A stretch of 37,257 nt of DNA, from assembly GCA_040182905.1 (NCBI GenBank), contig JARQWU010000079.1, positions 1 through 37,257 on the forward strand, given 5' to 3'. Source of the DNA: Barthelona sp. PAP020 (taxonomy: Eukaryota). Below are positions 1-9,051 of the stretch, one piece after another. How positions within the stretch are numbered: the first letter of the stretch is position 1; each line of letters begins with the position of its first letter. Under the pieces are notes generated by a model. The model worked only from the letters and a program-made list of their open reading frames with translations, ran no database searches and had not been told where the DNA came from. A program made the translations under genes and the position numbers.

Positions 1-70
1 CAAATTCAAGGCTTTCCCAACTACTCATTTCAATAACACACCGTATATAAAAGCTTTCGTATACCTTTTC

Positions 71-104
71 TTGTACCTAACGTGAAATTGTACCTAACGT
101 GAAA
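71..104. repeat. Perfect 17-bp tandem duplication (TTGTACCTAACGTGAAA x2)
   Basis: Identical copies at 71-87 and 88-104, read directly from the sequence. Confidence 0.95.
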
Positions 105-895
105 AGCCTTTAATTTTGCCCTTTCGTTCAACCTGAAACCCCTTCGTCCAAAGTGAATTGCAGATCTTGAAAGACTCGATCTTCACACAAAGAGTTCAAG
201 TTGAAAAAGCCAATGCTTCGCTTTGCACGAAGACCTCTCTAAACCTAATTTGATTGTATTCAATAGACGATGAGAATGCTACTAACTACACCACATTGGC
301 AAAAAAAGTTGTTTGGAATTTTACAAAAGAAATGAAATTGAACAATTTAAATTTGTATGGAAATTTTCTTCATTTCAACAACCACAGGAATAATAATGAA
401 GGAAATTAATAAATACAAAATGATAAAATAAACAAACAAAATGACAACAGCTTTACAATTATGAGGACAAAAATGAGGGTTAAATTTCAACAATAAATTC
501 TGAACAGTTTATATCCAACTCTTAGATGTGGGGGGTTGTGGTTGAGATGTTAGCAGCGTGATCTTTCTTTCCCTCTTGTATTAAATAACATTAAAAAAAA
601 AAATAAATTTTGCGAAACCGGACTATCACAACAACAAAATAAAATGAAAATAAATTGAAACTTTTGAAAACTTTTGAAACCTTTTGAAGATATTTCTTTC
701 CTTTACGACTTGCCAAATTTCCCTTCCACTTTGATGGAGCTCTGATGTAAACTGTTACATACTTCCGTACAAGTATTGAAACCTGCACGAGTTGGATATG
801 TTCAGATGTTGAAAATTTCGCTGTACCAGCTCAAAAATTCATGATGCAAAACAGAAAATGATTATAAAAGCTTTTACAAGGATTATAGGATGAGA

Positions 896-1065
896 AGGTT
901 GGCTAGTTGGTGTTTTTTTGTCAATTCTTGATCTGAGTTTAGTTCGTGAACTGAATGCCCTCTATTTCACACGACAATAATAATAAATGTTTATAAAGAT
1001 CTTTATTGTTCTCGATTAGAGTTTGGGGGTACTTGCAACTGAGCCGTTTTGCGTGGATGGTTCAG
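896..1065 (+). ncRNA. Candidate structured non-coding RNA, family unknown
   Basis: Hand-folded helices: 896-901/929-934, 905-912/919-926, 937-944/949-956, 957-962/1025-1030, 973-980/1003-1010 and an 11-bp stem 1039-1049/1055-1065. Many pairs are G-U, which works only on the + strand. No ORF here. Confidence 0.35.
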
Positions 1066-1459
1066 AACACTCTTAAAAAGAAAAAGAAATACTTTAGGTG
1101 TGGATGGGGCGATTATCTAAATAAAAGTTTTATAATCTCTTTCCTTCTTGCCTATAAATTTTGATTGTTCTTCTCTGAGTTTCCTTGATGAAACTTTGTA
1201 ATTTCTTGCTAACCTACTTTGTACATTTGCATCCTTATTATCCTGAATCATTTGATTCTTTGTTGTTATTTCATATTCAATTTTGATATCCATTAATATC
1301 AGAAATTGCAAGAAGAAACATTAAACACATTTATATTGTCTTTTACGTGAAATCCGTCCGCTTTGCTGCTTACACTTTTGTGTTCCATTCAAAATCAAAA
1401 AAATCAAAACCCCATATATATATCAAATTTACACTACAATTAAAAGGATAGTTATTTGT

Positions 1460-3952
1460 CTAATTTAATGATTCTAAAATATATTTTTTTTGGAACAATA
1501 TAACACGATCACACTTGATAGATAATAGGTAATCCCAACCTTTAAAATAAATGGTAGAATTAAGCAACACAGGTAAAAGACTATTGATCAAGGAATCATA
1601 TAATTCTATCAAAGAAATGATTTTCTGCTTTAATTTTATCCATTCACTATCATTTTGCTTATGCTTTTTTATGCAATCTTTGCTACCCAAATAAGCAACT
1701 ATTTTCACCCTTTCGATTTTTCGAATTTCGTCAAAGATCATTTTTTGTTCATTATAAATTTGTCTATATCGGGATATTTCAGCTCCAATTAATGTTTGTT
1801 GATGTTCTGAAGACATATTTCGAACTGTTTCTAAGAAAGACTTCTTTTCATCATTTGACAATTCAAGATTATCCCAAAATTCCATCAGGGTATCTAAAGA
1901 TTTCAGATTTTGTAACCATTCTTCTTTCACCAATTCCTGAATCATTTTTTGACATGCTTCTTCTTTTGCAAGATGTTTGTCTCTTTCCTTAACCAAGTTG
2001 TTGAACTCATCTTTAGTAATGGTAAGTATTTCTTCAAATTTATGATAATTATTGTCGTTATTTATGTTGATTAAGGTGGGTGTTGGTATTGTGGGAGTTG
2101 AATGTGTTGTTGAACTATAATTTTGAGGTGTACGAGGAACTCTTCTATGACTTTTATTAGCCTTTGGTGGTGTGGCTTTTGGTGTGGCTCTGGGCACAAT
2201 ATTCTTTGTTCGAGGTTTTGTTGAAGGAGCAGAAATCCTCATTAATTTCATGGGTATTTCATTATCAATCTCTTCAACATTAATTTTTTCTTCTTTCTCC
2301 TTTTCTTCTTCTTCTTCTTCTTCTTCTTCTGCATGCATATATTTTTGTTCTGCAGCCATTCTCAAACGTCGTTCAAGTTCTTTCTTTTCAGATTCCAATT
2401 GAGCTTGGTATCTTTCAAGATTCTCTTGATGCTTTAATAAAGACAATTCTTTTTGTTCAAAGTTTTTGACTGAAATGTTCAGATCGTGTTCTCTTTTTAG
2501 CAACTGTTCGGACAATTTCTGCAATTTTTCTGAATTTTTATCGTTTTCTTCCTTTTCACCCTGTAATTTTTTCATGAGTGTTTTTGTCTTGGTTTCATCA
2601 ACTTCCAAATTCTTTCTCATTCGATCAACATTCAATCTCTGACGTTTTAACCTTTCCTCTTCCGCTTCAATTTTAGAGTCAAACATTTGCTTTTCACCGA
2701 TAAATTCTTCTTTTGCACGATTTAGGTCAGCTTTTACTCGATTTAATTTACCATACTCGACAGCTCTCATTCTTGAAAGTTCTGCCTTCTTTTCCACTAA
2801 TTCTCTTTGTTGATCATCAAGAGCTTGCTTGATTTTTTTTTCATGTTCTATTTCAAGTTTATTTAACCTTTCAGACAATCTTTCTTTCCAGATTCTATCT
2901 CTGTTTCTTGTATTTTCATTCAAAAGATGTTGAAATCGTTCTTTTTCTTCAGTGAATACTTCTTTTCGTAGTTCTTCCCTGATTTCAGCATAAACTTGTT
3001 CCTTTGCCTTCGTTTTTATATCTGCAACAAATTTCTGTTGAAGTTCTCCTTGTAATTCAGTAAATATTTCTTCTCTTACTTGTTGTTCAATTGTTTTCAA
3101 TTGTTCTTCCAATTCTATACATCTTTTACATATTGATGATGATGATTGTTGTTGTTGATCACTTAGTTCAGAAAGATTTTTATTTTTTGCTTTCAAAAGA
3201 GTATCTTGTCGATTCACCTTTTCTTCCAAAGAAGTTTTTAATAACTCAAGTTTTGCAATTTCTTCAGTGAAATTTTGTCTCTCAACTTTTCTTTCATCGA
3301 GCACCTTTTTCATCTTAGTTTGCAACTTTTCATATTTTAACTCTTCTTCCCTACTCTTTTCTAACTTTTCAGTCAAGATTTTAATTTCGTTTTCAAAAAT
3401 ATCGTTTGAATCTTCAGCTCGTTGCATTGCTTGATGTAAGCGTTCTTTTTCAGCATTTACAATCGACAAATCATTTTGTAATTCAGCAATTCGATTCAAT
3501 TGCGCTTCAATCAATAATTTATCATCTGAAACAATATCGTTCGAATTAGATTCTTTCAATCTTTCTGGTTGAATTTTCAGATCAAAACTCTCAGATATCG
3601 TTATTTCAGGAGAATCAAATTCTTCCTTTGAAATCTTATTTTGATTATTGAAAATTGATCGATGCTCAGCCAATTCAGCTATATTATTCTGTAAAGTCAT
3701 AGGAGTCATTGTAAAGTTATGAAATCCGAAATTGCCTTCAGGAGACAAACTTTCCATTATCGGCAATAATTGTTTTCTTCTTGCAGGAGTAGATAATTCT
3801 GGATCTGTTTTTCTTAAAGGTGAATGCTCTATTTTCGATAACATAGGACTAGTTCCAGCTTTTAAAGCATAATTCAAACTATTTTCCAATAGAGATTCAA
3901 TGCTGTGAAAATTTGGACTTATTTCATTCGTTTTAATATTAGGCGTGGACAT
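1460..3952 (-). CDS. Long coiled-coil protein (830 aa) with a C-terminal MAP65/ASE1/PRC1-like (CCDC87-like) domain
   Basis: First ATG at 3952 (the track start at 3973 is TTG). Long E/K/Q heptad region. C-terminal LMEFWDNLELSNDEKKSFL...AEISRYRQIYNEQKMIFDEI...IYFKGWDYLLSIKCD resembles the MAP65/ASE1 pattern. ORF is solid; the domain call is moderate. Confidence 0.7.
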   Translation of the reverse strand: MSTPNIKTNEISPNFHSIESLLENSLNYALKAGTSPMLSKIEHSPLRKTDPELSTPARRKQLLPIMESLSPEGNFGFHNFTMTPMTLQNNIAELAEHRSIFNNQNKISKEEFDSPEITISESFDLKIQPERLKESNSNDIVSDDKLLIEAQLNRIAELQNDLSIVNAEKERLHQAMQRAEDSNDIFENEIKILTEKLEKSREEELKYEKLQTKMKKVLDERKVERQNFTEEIAKLELLKTSLEEKVNRQDTLLKAKNKNLSELSDQQQQSSSSICKRCIELEEQLKTIEQQVREEIFTELQGELQQKFVADIKTKAKEQVYAEIREELRKEVFTEEKERFQHLLNENTRNRDRIWKERLSERLNKLEIEHEKKIKQALDDQQRELVEKKAELSRMRAVEYGKLNRVKADLNRAKEEFIGEKQMFDSKIEAEEERLKRQRLNVDRMRKNLEVDETKTKTLMKKLQGEKEENDKNSEKLQKLSEQLLKREHDLNISVKNFEQKELSLLKHQENLERYQAQLESEKKELERRLRMAAEQKYMHAEEEEEEEEEKEKEEKINVEEIDNEIPMKLMRISAPSTKPRTKNIVPRATPKATPPKANKSHRRVPRTPQNYSSTTHSTPTIPTPTLININNDNNYHKFEEILTITKDEFNNLVKERDKHLAKEEACQKMIQELVKEEWLQNLKSLDTLMEFWDNLELSNDEKKSFLETVRNMSSEHQQTLIGAEISRYRQIYNEQKMIFDEIRKIERVKIVAYLGSKDCIKKHKQNDSEWIKLKQKIISLIELYDSLINSLLPVLLNSTIYFKGWDYLLSIKCDRVILFQKKYILESLN
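2303..2329 (-). repeat. (GAA)9 microsatellite encoding poly-Glu
   Basis: TTC x9 on the + strand, inside the coiled-coil CDS. Confidence 0.9.
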
Positions 3953-4308
3953 ATTATTGTTATTAATCTTCAATTACATCAATTGAAACAAGAAAAAACA
4001 AAACTTGGGCAAAACAATATTCTTATTATTATTTCTTTTCTTTAAATAATGATAAAAAATTAATATTACTAATGTAAAGCATGTCATTAAAAGGAATCTT
4101 TCAATTTTATGTGGTTATTTTTCATTTAAAGTGGATAACATTTTTGCGCTTTTTCAGATATTTGTTGAAAAATAGAAAAACCTGAAGAATCCTCATTTTC
4201 AATATACTCAATTAGTTTATCACCATTTTGTCTGTAAAAATAAAAATCCAAGATGATGGAAATAAAAAAAACCTCAAATTTTATTAAATATTTTTCAAAA
4301 AATATAAA

Positions 4309-5739
4309 TTATAAATATTTTTGAAGGAATTCATTGTGGAATTTCTCAATTCTGCCTAAAAATTCATCAAAAGATTCTTCTAAAGGCAAAATTGTACATC
4401 TTAAATGATAGGTATCAGGTTTTTGTACAAAACCACATCCAGGGACACAACAAACACCAGTATTTTCCAATAATTCCAAAGCATAAAACAAATCAGGCTC
4501 CATACCTTTAGATCTGGCTATTTCAATAGCTTTGGTTGGAATATTAATGTTGGGGAATGCATACATTGATCCAGCAACCTTTTGACAACTAACACCTTCT
4601 AAACTATTCCAAAATTGAGTCATTTTTTCAGCTCTACGTTTTAAAGAGGTTTTAATTGCCTCAACTTCTTCCACATACTCTTGAATATTAGGAGGAGAAA
4701 CCATAACGGCAGTGGCCAATTGACCATCAATATTAGGGCACAATTTAACAGATGATAACTTGTAAAATAATGCATGAATGTCTTCAGGCACATTCAGAAT
4801 TTCACCGTAACCACCTCTACGACCACATTCACCGAAAAATCCTTTGGAAGTAGAATGGAATGAGAATAGTGGTATTTGACTATTCATTTCGGTAATAATT
4901 GAACGGAAACTAATGAATTCAAGTTCATCATCATAGATATTTTCTTGATACACTTCATCAGCAAATAGGACAAGTTCATGCGTCTCACAGAATTCCACCA
5001 ATTGCTTCATTTCTGCTTTGGTAAAAATGGATCCAGTAGGATTTCCAGGGTTTATCACAACAACTGCTTTTACATCGACTCCTTCAGAAATGGCCTTTTC
5101 ATATGAAGAAATAACGTGACAAATATTGTTGCCTAAACTCCAACCAGTTTCTTCCTCCAAATAATATGGAACTATCTTTCCACCAAGAAGAGTAACAGAA
5201 GCAGAATACAATGGATATTGAGGAATAGGCAACATAATTCCAGTATTATTATCTTTGATCAAAATATTTAAAGCTATTTGAATGATAGGAGAAGCACCAT
5301 CAGACAAAAAAATGTTCTTTGTTGAAACACTGCCTTTTTCTAATCCATCACGTTGTTCAATAAAAGTACAAACTCGTTGACGGAAAGATTCTAATCCTTG
5401 AGAATGAGTATAAGCACCAGTTTGAATTTGCATTTCAGAACGATACTGTCTGGCTTGTTCAATAACTTCCATGTCAAAGATTTTATCGACATTATCACTG
5501 TTTAATAAACGTTCATTGTTGACTAAACTTAAAATATCACGAAAATACGAAATTGGTTTTTGATTCAATGCTTGAGGATTTCCAATATTACAAGGAATAA
5601 TTTTGCCAAATTTAAGACCGTTGTTAGTATTCAAAAGTTCCTTTTTTAATTCTTCAGCTCTCATGGGTACAACACCACGAACAGCATATTCTGTCTTAAC
5701 AGCGTTTTGATTAATATTTTCAATGTTCAATTTGGTCAT
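4309..5739 (-). CDS. GPT: Alanine aminotransferase (PLP-dependent, class I/II), 476 aa
   Basis: Motifs EYAVRG, CNIGNPQAL, GAYTHSQG, PIPQYPLYSA, VINPGNPTG, ADEVYQEN, FHSTSKG (PLP lysine), GECGRRGGY and TYHLRCTILP. Confidence 0.97.
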   Translation of the reverse strand: MTKLNIENINQNAVKTEYAVRGVVPMRAEELKKELLNTNNGLKFGKIIPCNIGNPQALNQKPISYFRDILSLVNNERLLNSDNVDKIFDMEVIEQARQYRSEMQIQTGAYTHSQGLESFRQRVCTFIEQRDGLEKGSVSTKNIFLSDGASPIIQIALNILIKDNNTGIMLPIPQYPLYSASVTLLGGKIVPYYLEEETGWSLGNNICHVISSYEKAISEGVDVKAVVVINPGNPTGSIFTKAEMKQLVEFCETHELVLFADEVYQENIYDDELEFISFRSIITEMNSQIPLFSFHSTSKGFFGECGRRGGYGEILNVPEDIHALFYKLSSVKLCPNIDGQLATAVMVSPPNIQEYVEEVEAIKTSLKRRAEKMTQFWNSLEGVSCQKVAGSMYAFPNINIPTKAIEIARSKGMEPDLFYALELLENTGVCCVPGCGFVQKPDTYHLRCTILPLEESFDEFLGRIEKFHNEFLQKYL

Positions 5740-6063
5740 TCAAATGAAGGTGAAACAAAAGAAGAGTCAAATGTTTTCGTTTGCATGATTTTTTCACCGG
5801 ATCTTTTTTTTTCATAAAAAATTTTAATTATTAAAGGATAAAGGACCATCATTGTTTATTGATTGAATCTTTTGGATTTTTCGATGGATTTTCTGCAAAG
5901 AAACCAAGACAATTTTTCCAAAAGAACTGATTTTCCAAAAGAAGCAGTTTTTTGTAAAGATGAGATAAATTATTCAAGATTTGAGGGTCTATTTCTTTTA
6001 AATCTTTTATTGAATCCAGATATCATTTCCTTTACTTTCATTATTGCATAATATCTACACACA

Positions 6064-6142
6064 TACAGAAGATGTGAAGAAGTTCGGTAAACTGTGAATG
6101 TGAAAGCTTTTTTTGGTATTTGCTGACCTGATTGATTCTGTA
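6064..6142 (+). ncRNA. Possible box C/D snoRNA
   Basis: Terminal stem TACAGAA (6064-6070)/TTCTGTA (6136-6142); C-like box GTGAAGA (6074-6080); D box CTGA (6128-6131); 79 nt; intergenic. No guide target identified. Confidence 0.3.
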
Positions 6143-6318
6143 ATAATTTTATTCTTCTTCTGTTTTTGATTCAATACTGTTTTTCTTTTTTATCAATTCT
6201 ATTTTTAGCCTTTTTATCAAACAAAAATTAATAAGTTATGTTTTTACATGCAAAAATATTAAGGAAATACAACATATTGCCATTGACAACCCCCAAAATA
6301 AAGAGTGAATTCATAAAA

Positions 6319-6930
6319 TTAAAAGGTGTGGGTATCCATAGCTCGATCAACCAAAATCATGCTTTTCATGTATAATTGTTGTTTCAGCATCTCAATGTTG
6401 TGTCGAGCAGTCAAAATTTTTACTGCAATATTTTCATTGAAAGATGTGTATTCATTGTGAGACTTTAAGGAATAGCGCAACATTCCTTTTTTTTCTTTGG
6501 TAGTGGCTGAATCTTCTTCAATTTCATCAACTAAACCAAGAGCTTTGAAGACTGAAATTGCTGTTGATATACGCTGTCTGGAAAAACCTGATATTTTTGC
6601 AATTTCGTTTCTTGTTAACGGTTTTTTTGATAAATTTTCTTTTAAAAATTCACATAGAATACTTATTTTCTTTGTACAACGATTGCTCTGTGAAAAATCT
6701 TCATATTCAATAGGATTTGGAATTGGAAGAGATGAATAATTTATCAAATTAGTATTAGGACCATAGTTCGTCATTGTAAAATCATAATATGGCAATGGTA
6801 ACTGTATTTCTTGAACAAAACTATTACTTGGAAATATTGTGTTGTATTGCGGCGAAATAACTGAATAATTTGGATAAATATAATGTTCGGGATTATTTTG
6901 CATATAATGAATGCAATAAGGAGTGTTCAT
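6319..6930 (-). CDS. Divergent E2F/DP-family winged-helix protein, 203 aa
   Basis: First ATG at 6930. KKISILCEFL...LTRNEIAKISGFSRQRISTAISVFKALGLVDE follows the spacing of the E2F DNA-binding domain (SL..L...F...L..AA..L....RRIYDI.NVLE.IGLI.K). Short C-terminal heptad helix; low-complexity P/Y/N N-terminus. Confidence 0.65.
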   Translation of the reverse strand: MNTPYCIHYMQNNPEHYIYPNYSVISPQYNTIFPSNSFVQEIQLPLPYYDFTMTNYGPNTNLINYSSLPIPNPIEYEDFSQSNRCTKKISILCEFLKENLSKKPLTRNEIAKISGFSRQRISTAISVFKALGLVDEIEEDSATTKEKKGMLRYSLKSHNEYTSFNENIAVKILTARHNIEMLKQQLYMKSMILVDRAMDTHTF

Positions 6931-7070
6931 GATCAAAATATGGAAAAAGTAATTGGTTCATTACAAATTATTTGCAAATATTACTGTAAATTTAATTCAC
7001 ATTCGCAAAAAATCTGTATAAATAATTAGTATACAAATGCTTATTAATAAAGTATATCAATATTTCATTC

Positions 7071-8729
7071 ATGCAAGACAAAGATATTGCTTTTCCCCAA
7101 TGGGTTAATAATAGAATTTGTACAAGGGATAATAGCTCAAATAATTTTCAAATTGATCACTTTACTCAAGTCAACAAAGATCCTGACGAAAAAAAATTTG
7201 TCATATATTTTCCATTCAATCAGATTTATTCATCCTATAATCAATCACTTGAGTTGACTATTTGGATATGTAATCAATTCAATTTTGCACCAATTGTTTG
7301 TTGTTATGTTGGCAGAGATTTTTTTCCTTTTGACATTACAAAGCGGCAAATGACTTTTATTGAACAAGGATATACTGAGTTTGGTAAAATTCTTGAAAGT
7401 CGTGGAATAAATATGCTTTATTTTGAAGAATTTGAAGAAATTGAGCCTTTACTGGATGAATGCTATGTTTGTACAACTGATTTTTCATATTTAAAACAGC
7501 AAAAACATTGTCACCATGTGTTATCAACAAAATTACAACAAAGAAATTTGGAACTTTTATATGTTGAAGGTTCTGTTGTAACACCCACTTGGATTGTTTC
7601 ATCAAAAGAAGAGTATTCACACAGATTCTTTTCAAAGAAAGTGGATGCAATTATTCATGAATATATGATTGAAGTACCCATTCATCTGGTTGAATATGGT
7701 TCATATTTTAAAGAAACAACAGAATCTACGGAAAAAGAAACAGAAAAAGCATATGAACTGCCACAGGAACTATCTTTTGAATTGCTTTTTCCAAGATTTC
7801 ATAAATTGCTTTCAAGTTGCGAATCCATACCGTTGGCAAAGGATCAACCAAAAGGTGGGTATACACAAGCAACGAAAAAACTCGACTACTTTTTTAAACA
7901 TAATCTCAAACACTATGAAGAAAATAAGAATAACTGGAATGTTGCTGCAACCTCTCAACTCTCACCGTATTTAAATTTTGGGCACATTTCACCATTAGAA
8001 ATATTAATGAGGCTACATCGATTGAAAGGACATCATCATTCAAAGGAGAATTTTGTTGACCAATTTGTGATCTGGCGTGAATTATACTTTAATTTTGTTC
8101 GCTATAATCCTTTTTATGATAGTGTTGAGGCTTTACCTGATTGGTGTAAACATACTTTGATTGAGGTGGATAGTGAAAAAGAATTGTATTATGCAAAAGA
8201 AGATATTCTTACTGGAAACACTTTAGATCCTGTTTTTAACAGTCTGATGAACCAAATAATAAGCACGGGACATTGTCATCCTTTTTTGAGAATGTATTGG
8301 GGTAAAAAAATTCTTGAGTGGTCAGAAGATCATATCACAGGGTTTAAAACATTGATAGAATTGAACAACAAGTTCTTTTTAGATGGATTTGGTGCAAACG
8401 CCTATGGAAATTGTTTATGGATATTTGGTCTGAAGGATAGGGCATTTGCACATCATGAAAACTTTGGCACAATAAGACCAATGACATTGGCTGGTCTAAT
8501 TAGAAAGTATGATTTGATTCAGCTCGTTTCAGAGTTTGGTACCAAAAATGATTTTGATGTTTTAATAAACGTTTTGACCACCAAAATCAAAACTTTACCT
8601 TCACCAAGTGTTGCTAAGGTTCAAAAGCTTATCAATGAAGAAGAAACTGCAGAAGTTGATATTGAGAAAAAAATGTCTCCTATTTTTATAAATGTTGAAG
8701 AAGCTAGTGGCATAAACACATCAACCTAA
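7071..8729 (+). CDS. phr: Class II CPD photolyase-family flavoprotein, 552 aa
   Basis: Class II signatures SQLSPYLNFGHIS, WRELYFNF, LPDW, TLDPVFN, LRMYWGKKILEWS, LNNKFFLDG, DRAF and FGTIRPMT. Confidence 0.93.
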   Translation: MQDKDIAFPQWVNNRICTRDNSSNNFQIDHFTQVNKDPDEKKFVIYFPFNQIYSSYNQSLELTIWICNQFNFAPIVCCYVGRDFFPFDITKRQMTFIEQGYTEFGKILESRGINMLYFEEFEEIEPLLDECYVCTTDFSYLKQQKHCHHVLSTKLQQRNLELLYVEGSVVTPTWIVSSKEEYSHRFFSKKVDAIIHEYMIEVPIHLVEYGSYFKETTESTEKETEKAYELPQELSFELLFPRFHKLLSSCESIPLAKDQPKGGYTQATKKLDYFFKHNLKHYEENKNNWNVAATSQLSPYLNFGHISPLEILMRLHRLKGHHHSKENFVDQFVIWRELYFNFVRYNPFYDSVEALPDWCKHTLIEVDSEKELYYAKEDILTGNTLDPVFNSLMNQIISTGHCHPFLRMYWGKKILEWSEDHITGFKTLIELNNKFFLDGFGANAYGNCLWIFGLKDRAFAHHENFGTIRPMTLAGLIRKYDLIQLVSEFGTKNDFDVLINVLTTKIKTLPSPSVAKVQKLINEEETAEVDIEKKMSPIFINVEEASGINTST

Positions 8730-9051
8730 GTCAATAATTCATTAATTTTTTTAAATTTTTTGCAAAAAAGATAAAAATAAAAGAATAAAAATTTTCATTT
8801 TTCTTTTAGCTGTTAGATGATATTTTATATTGTTAGATTTACAACTTTAACAACAAATGGGGTAAAAATTTTGTTATAAAAAGTGATTGTTTTTCCTTGG
8901 TTTAGAACAGTTTATCCTAAGAATCAGAAAGTTTTTTGATCTTTTGATATTTTTGAAAATATTTGTTTAAAGACATCCCAACAAACAAATAAAGAAAATT
9001 CATTGACATTTTTTTTTTTCAAACCAAAAATAACTTTGATTTTTTTTTTGA

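Noticed and set aside
153..195. GTGAATTGCAGA, identical to a conserved 5.8S rRNA 12-mer
   Set aside because: The flanking conserved 5.8S blocks (GATGAAGAACG, TTGAACGC) are absent; a 12-mer match to some rRNA segment is expected by chance.
134..408. ORF-like + strand frame interrupted by TGA (possible TGA recoding)
   Set aside because: TGA ends long genes here (14571, 33668) and Trp is encoded by TGG in conserved motifs; no recognisable protein. At most a decayed fragment.
929..955. TGATCTGAGTTTAG resembling the LSU peptidyl-transferase region (mitochondrial-type)
   Set aside because: Neither the A-loop upstream nor helix 93 downstream is properly conserved.
1061..1073. TTCAGAACACTCT resembling the 3' P4 strand of RNase P RNA
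   Set aside because: No matching CR-I strand, and the bases are better explained as part of the 1039-1065 hairpin.
1117..1311. 64-aa minus-strand ORF
   Set aside because: Short, TTG start, no family; the upstream ATG frame stops early. Possibly a pseudogene piece, but unsupported.
5863..6051. 62-aa + strand ORF upstream of the aminotransferase
   Set aside because: Short and without a recognisable motif; cannot be told apart from a chance ORF.
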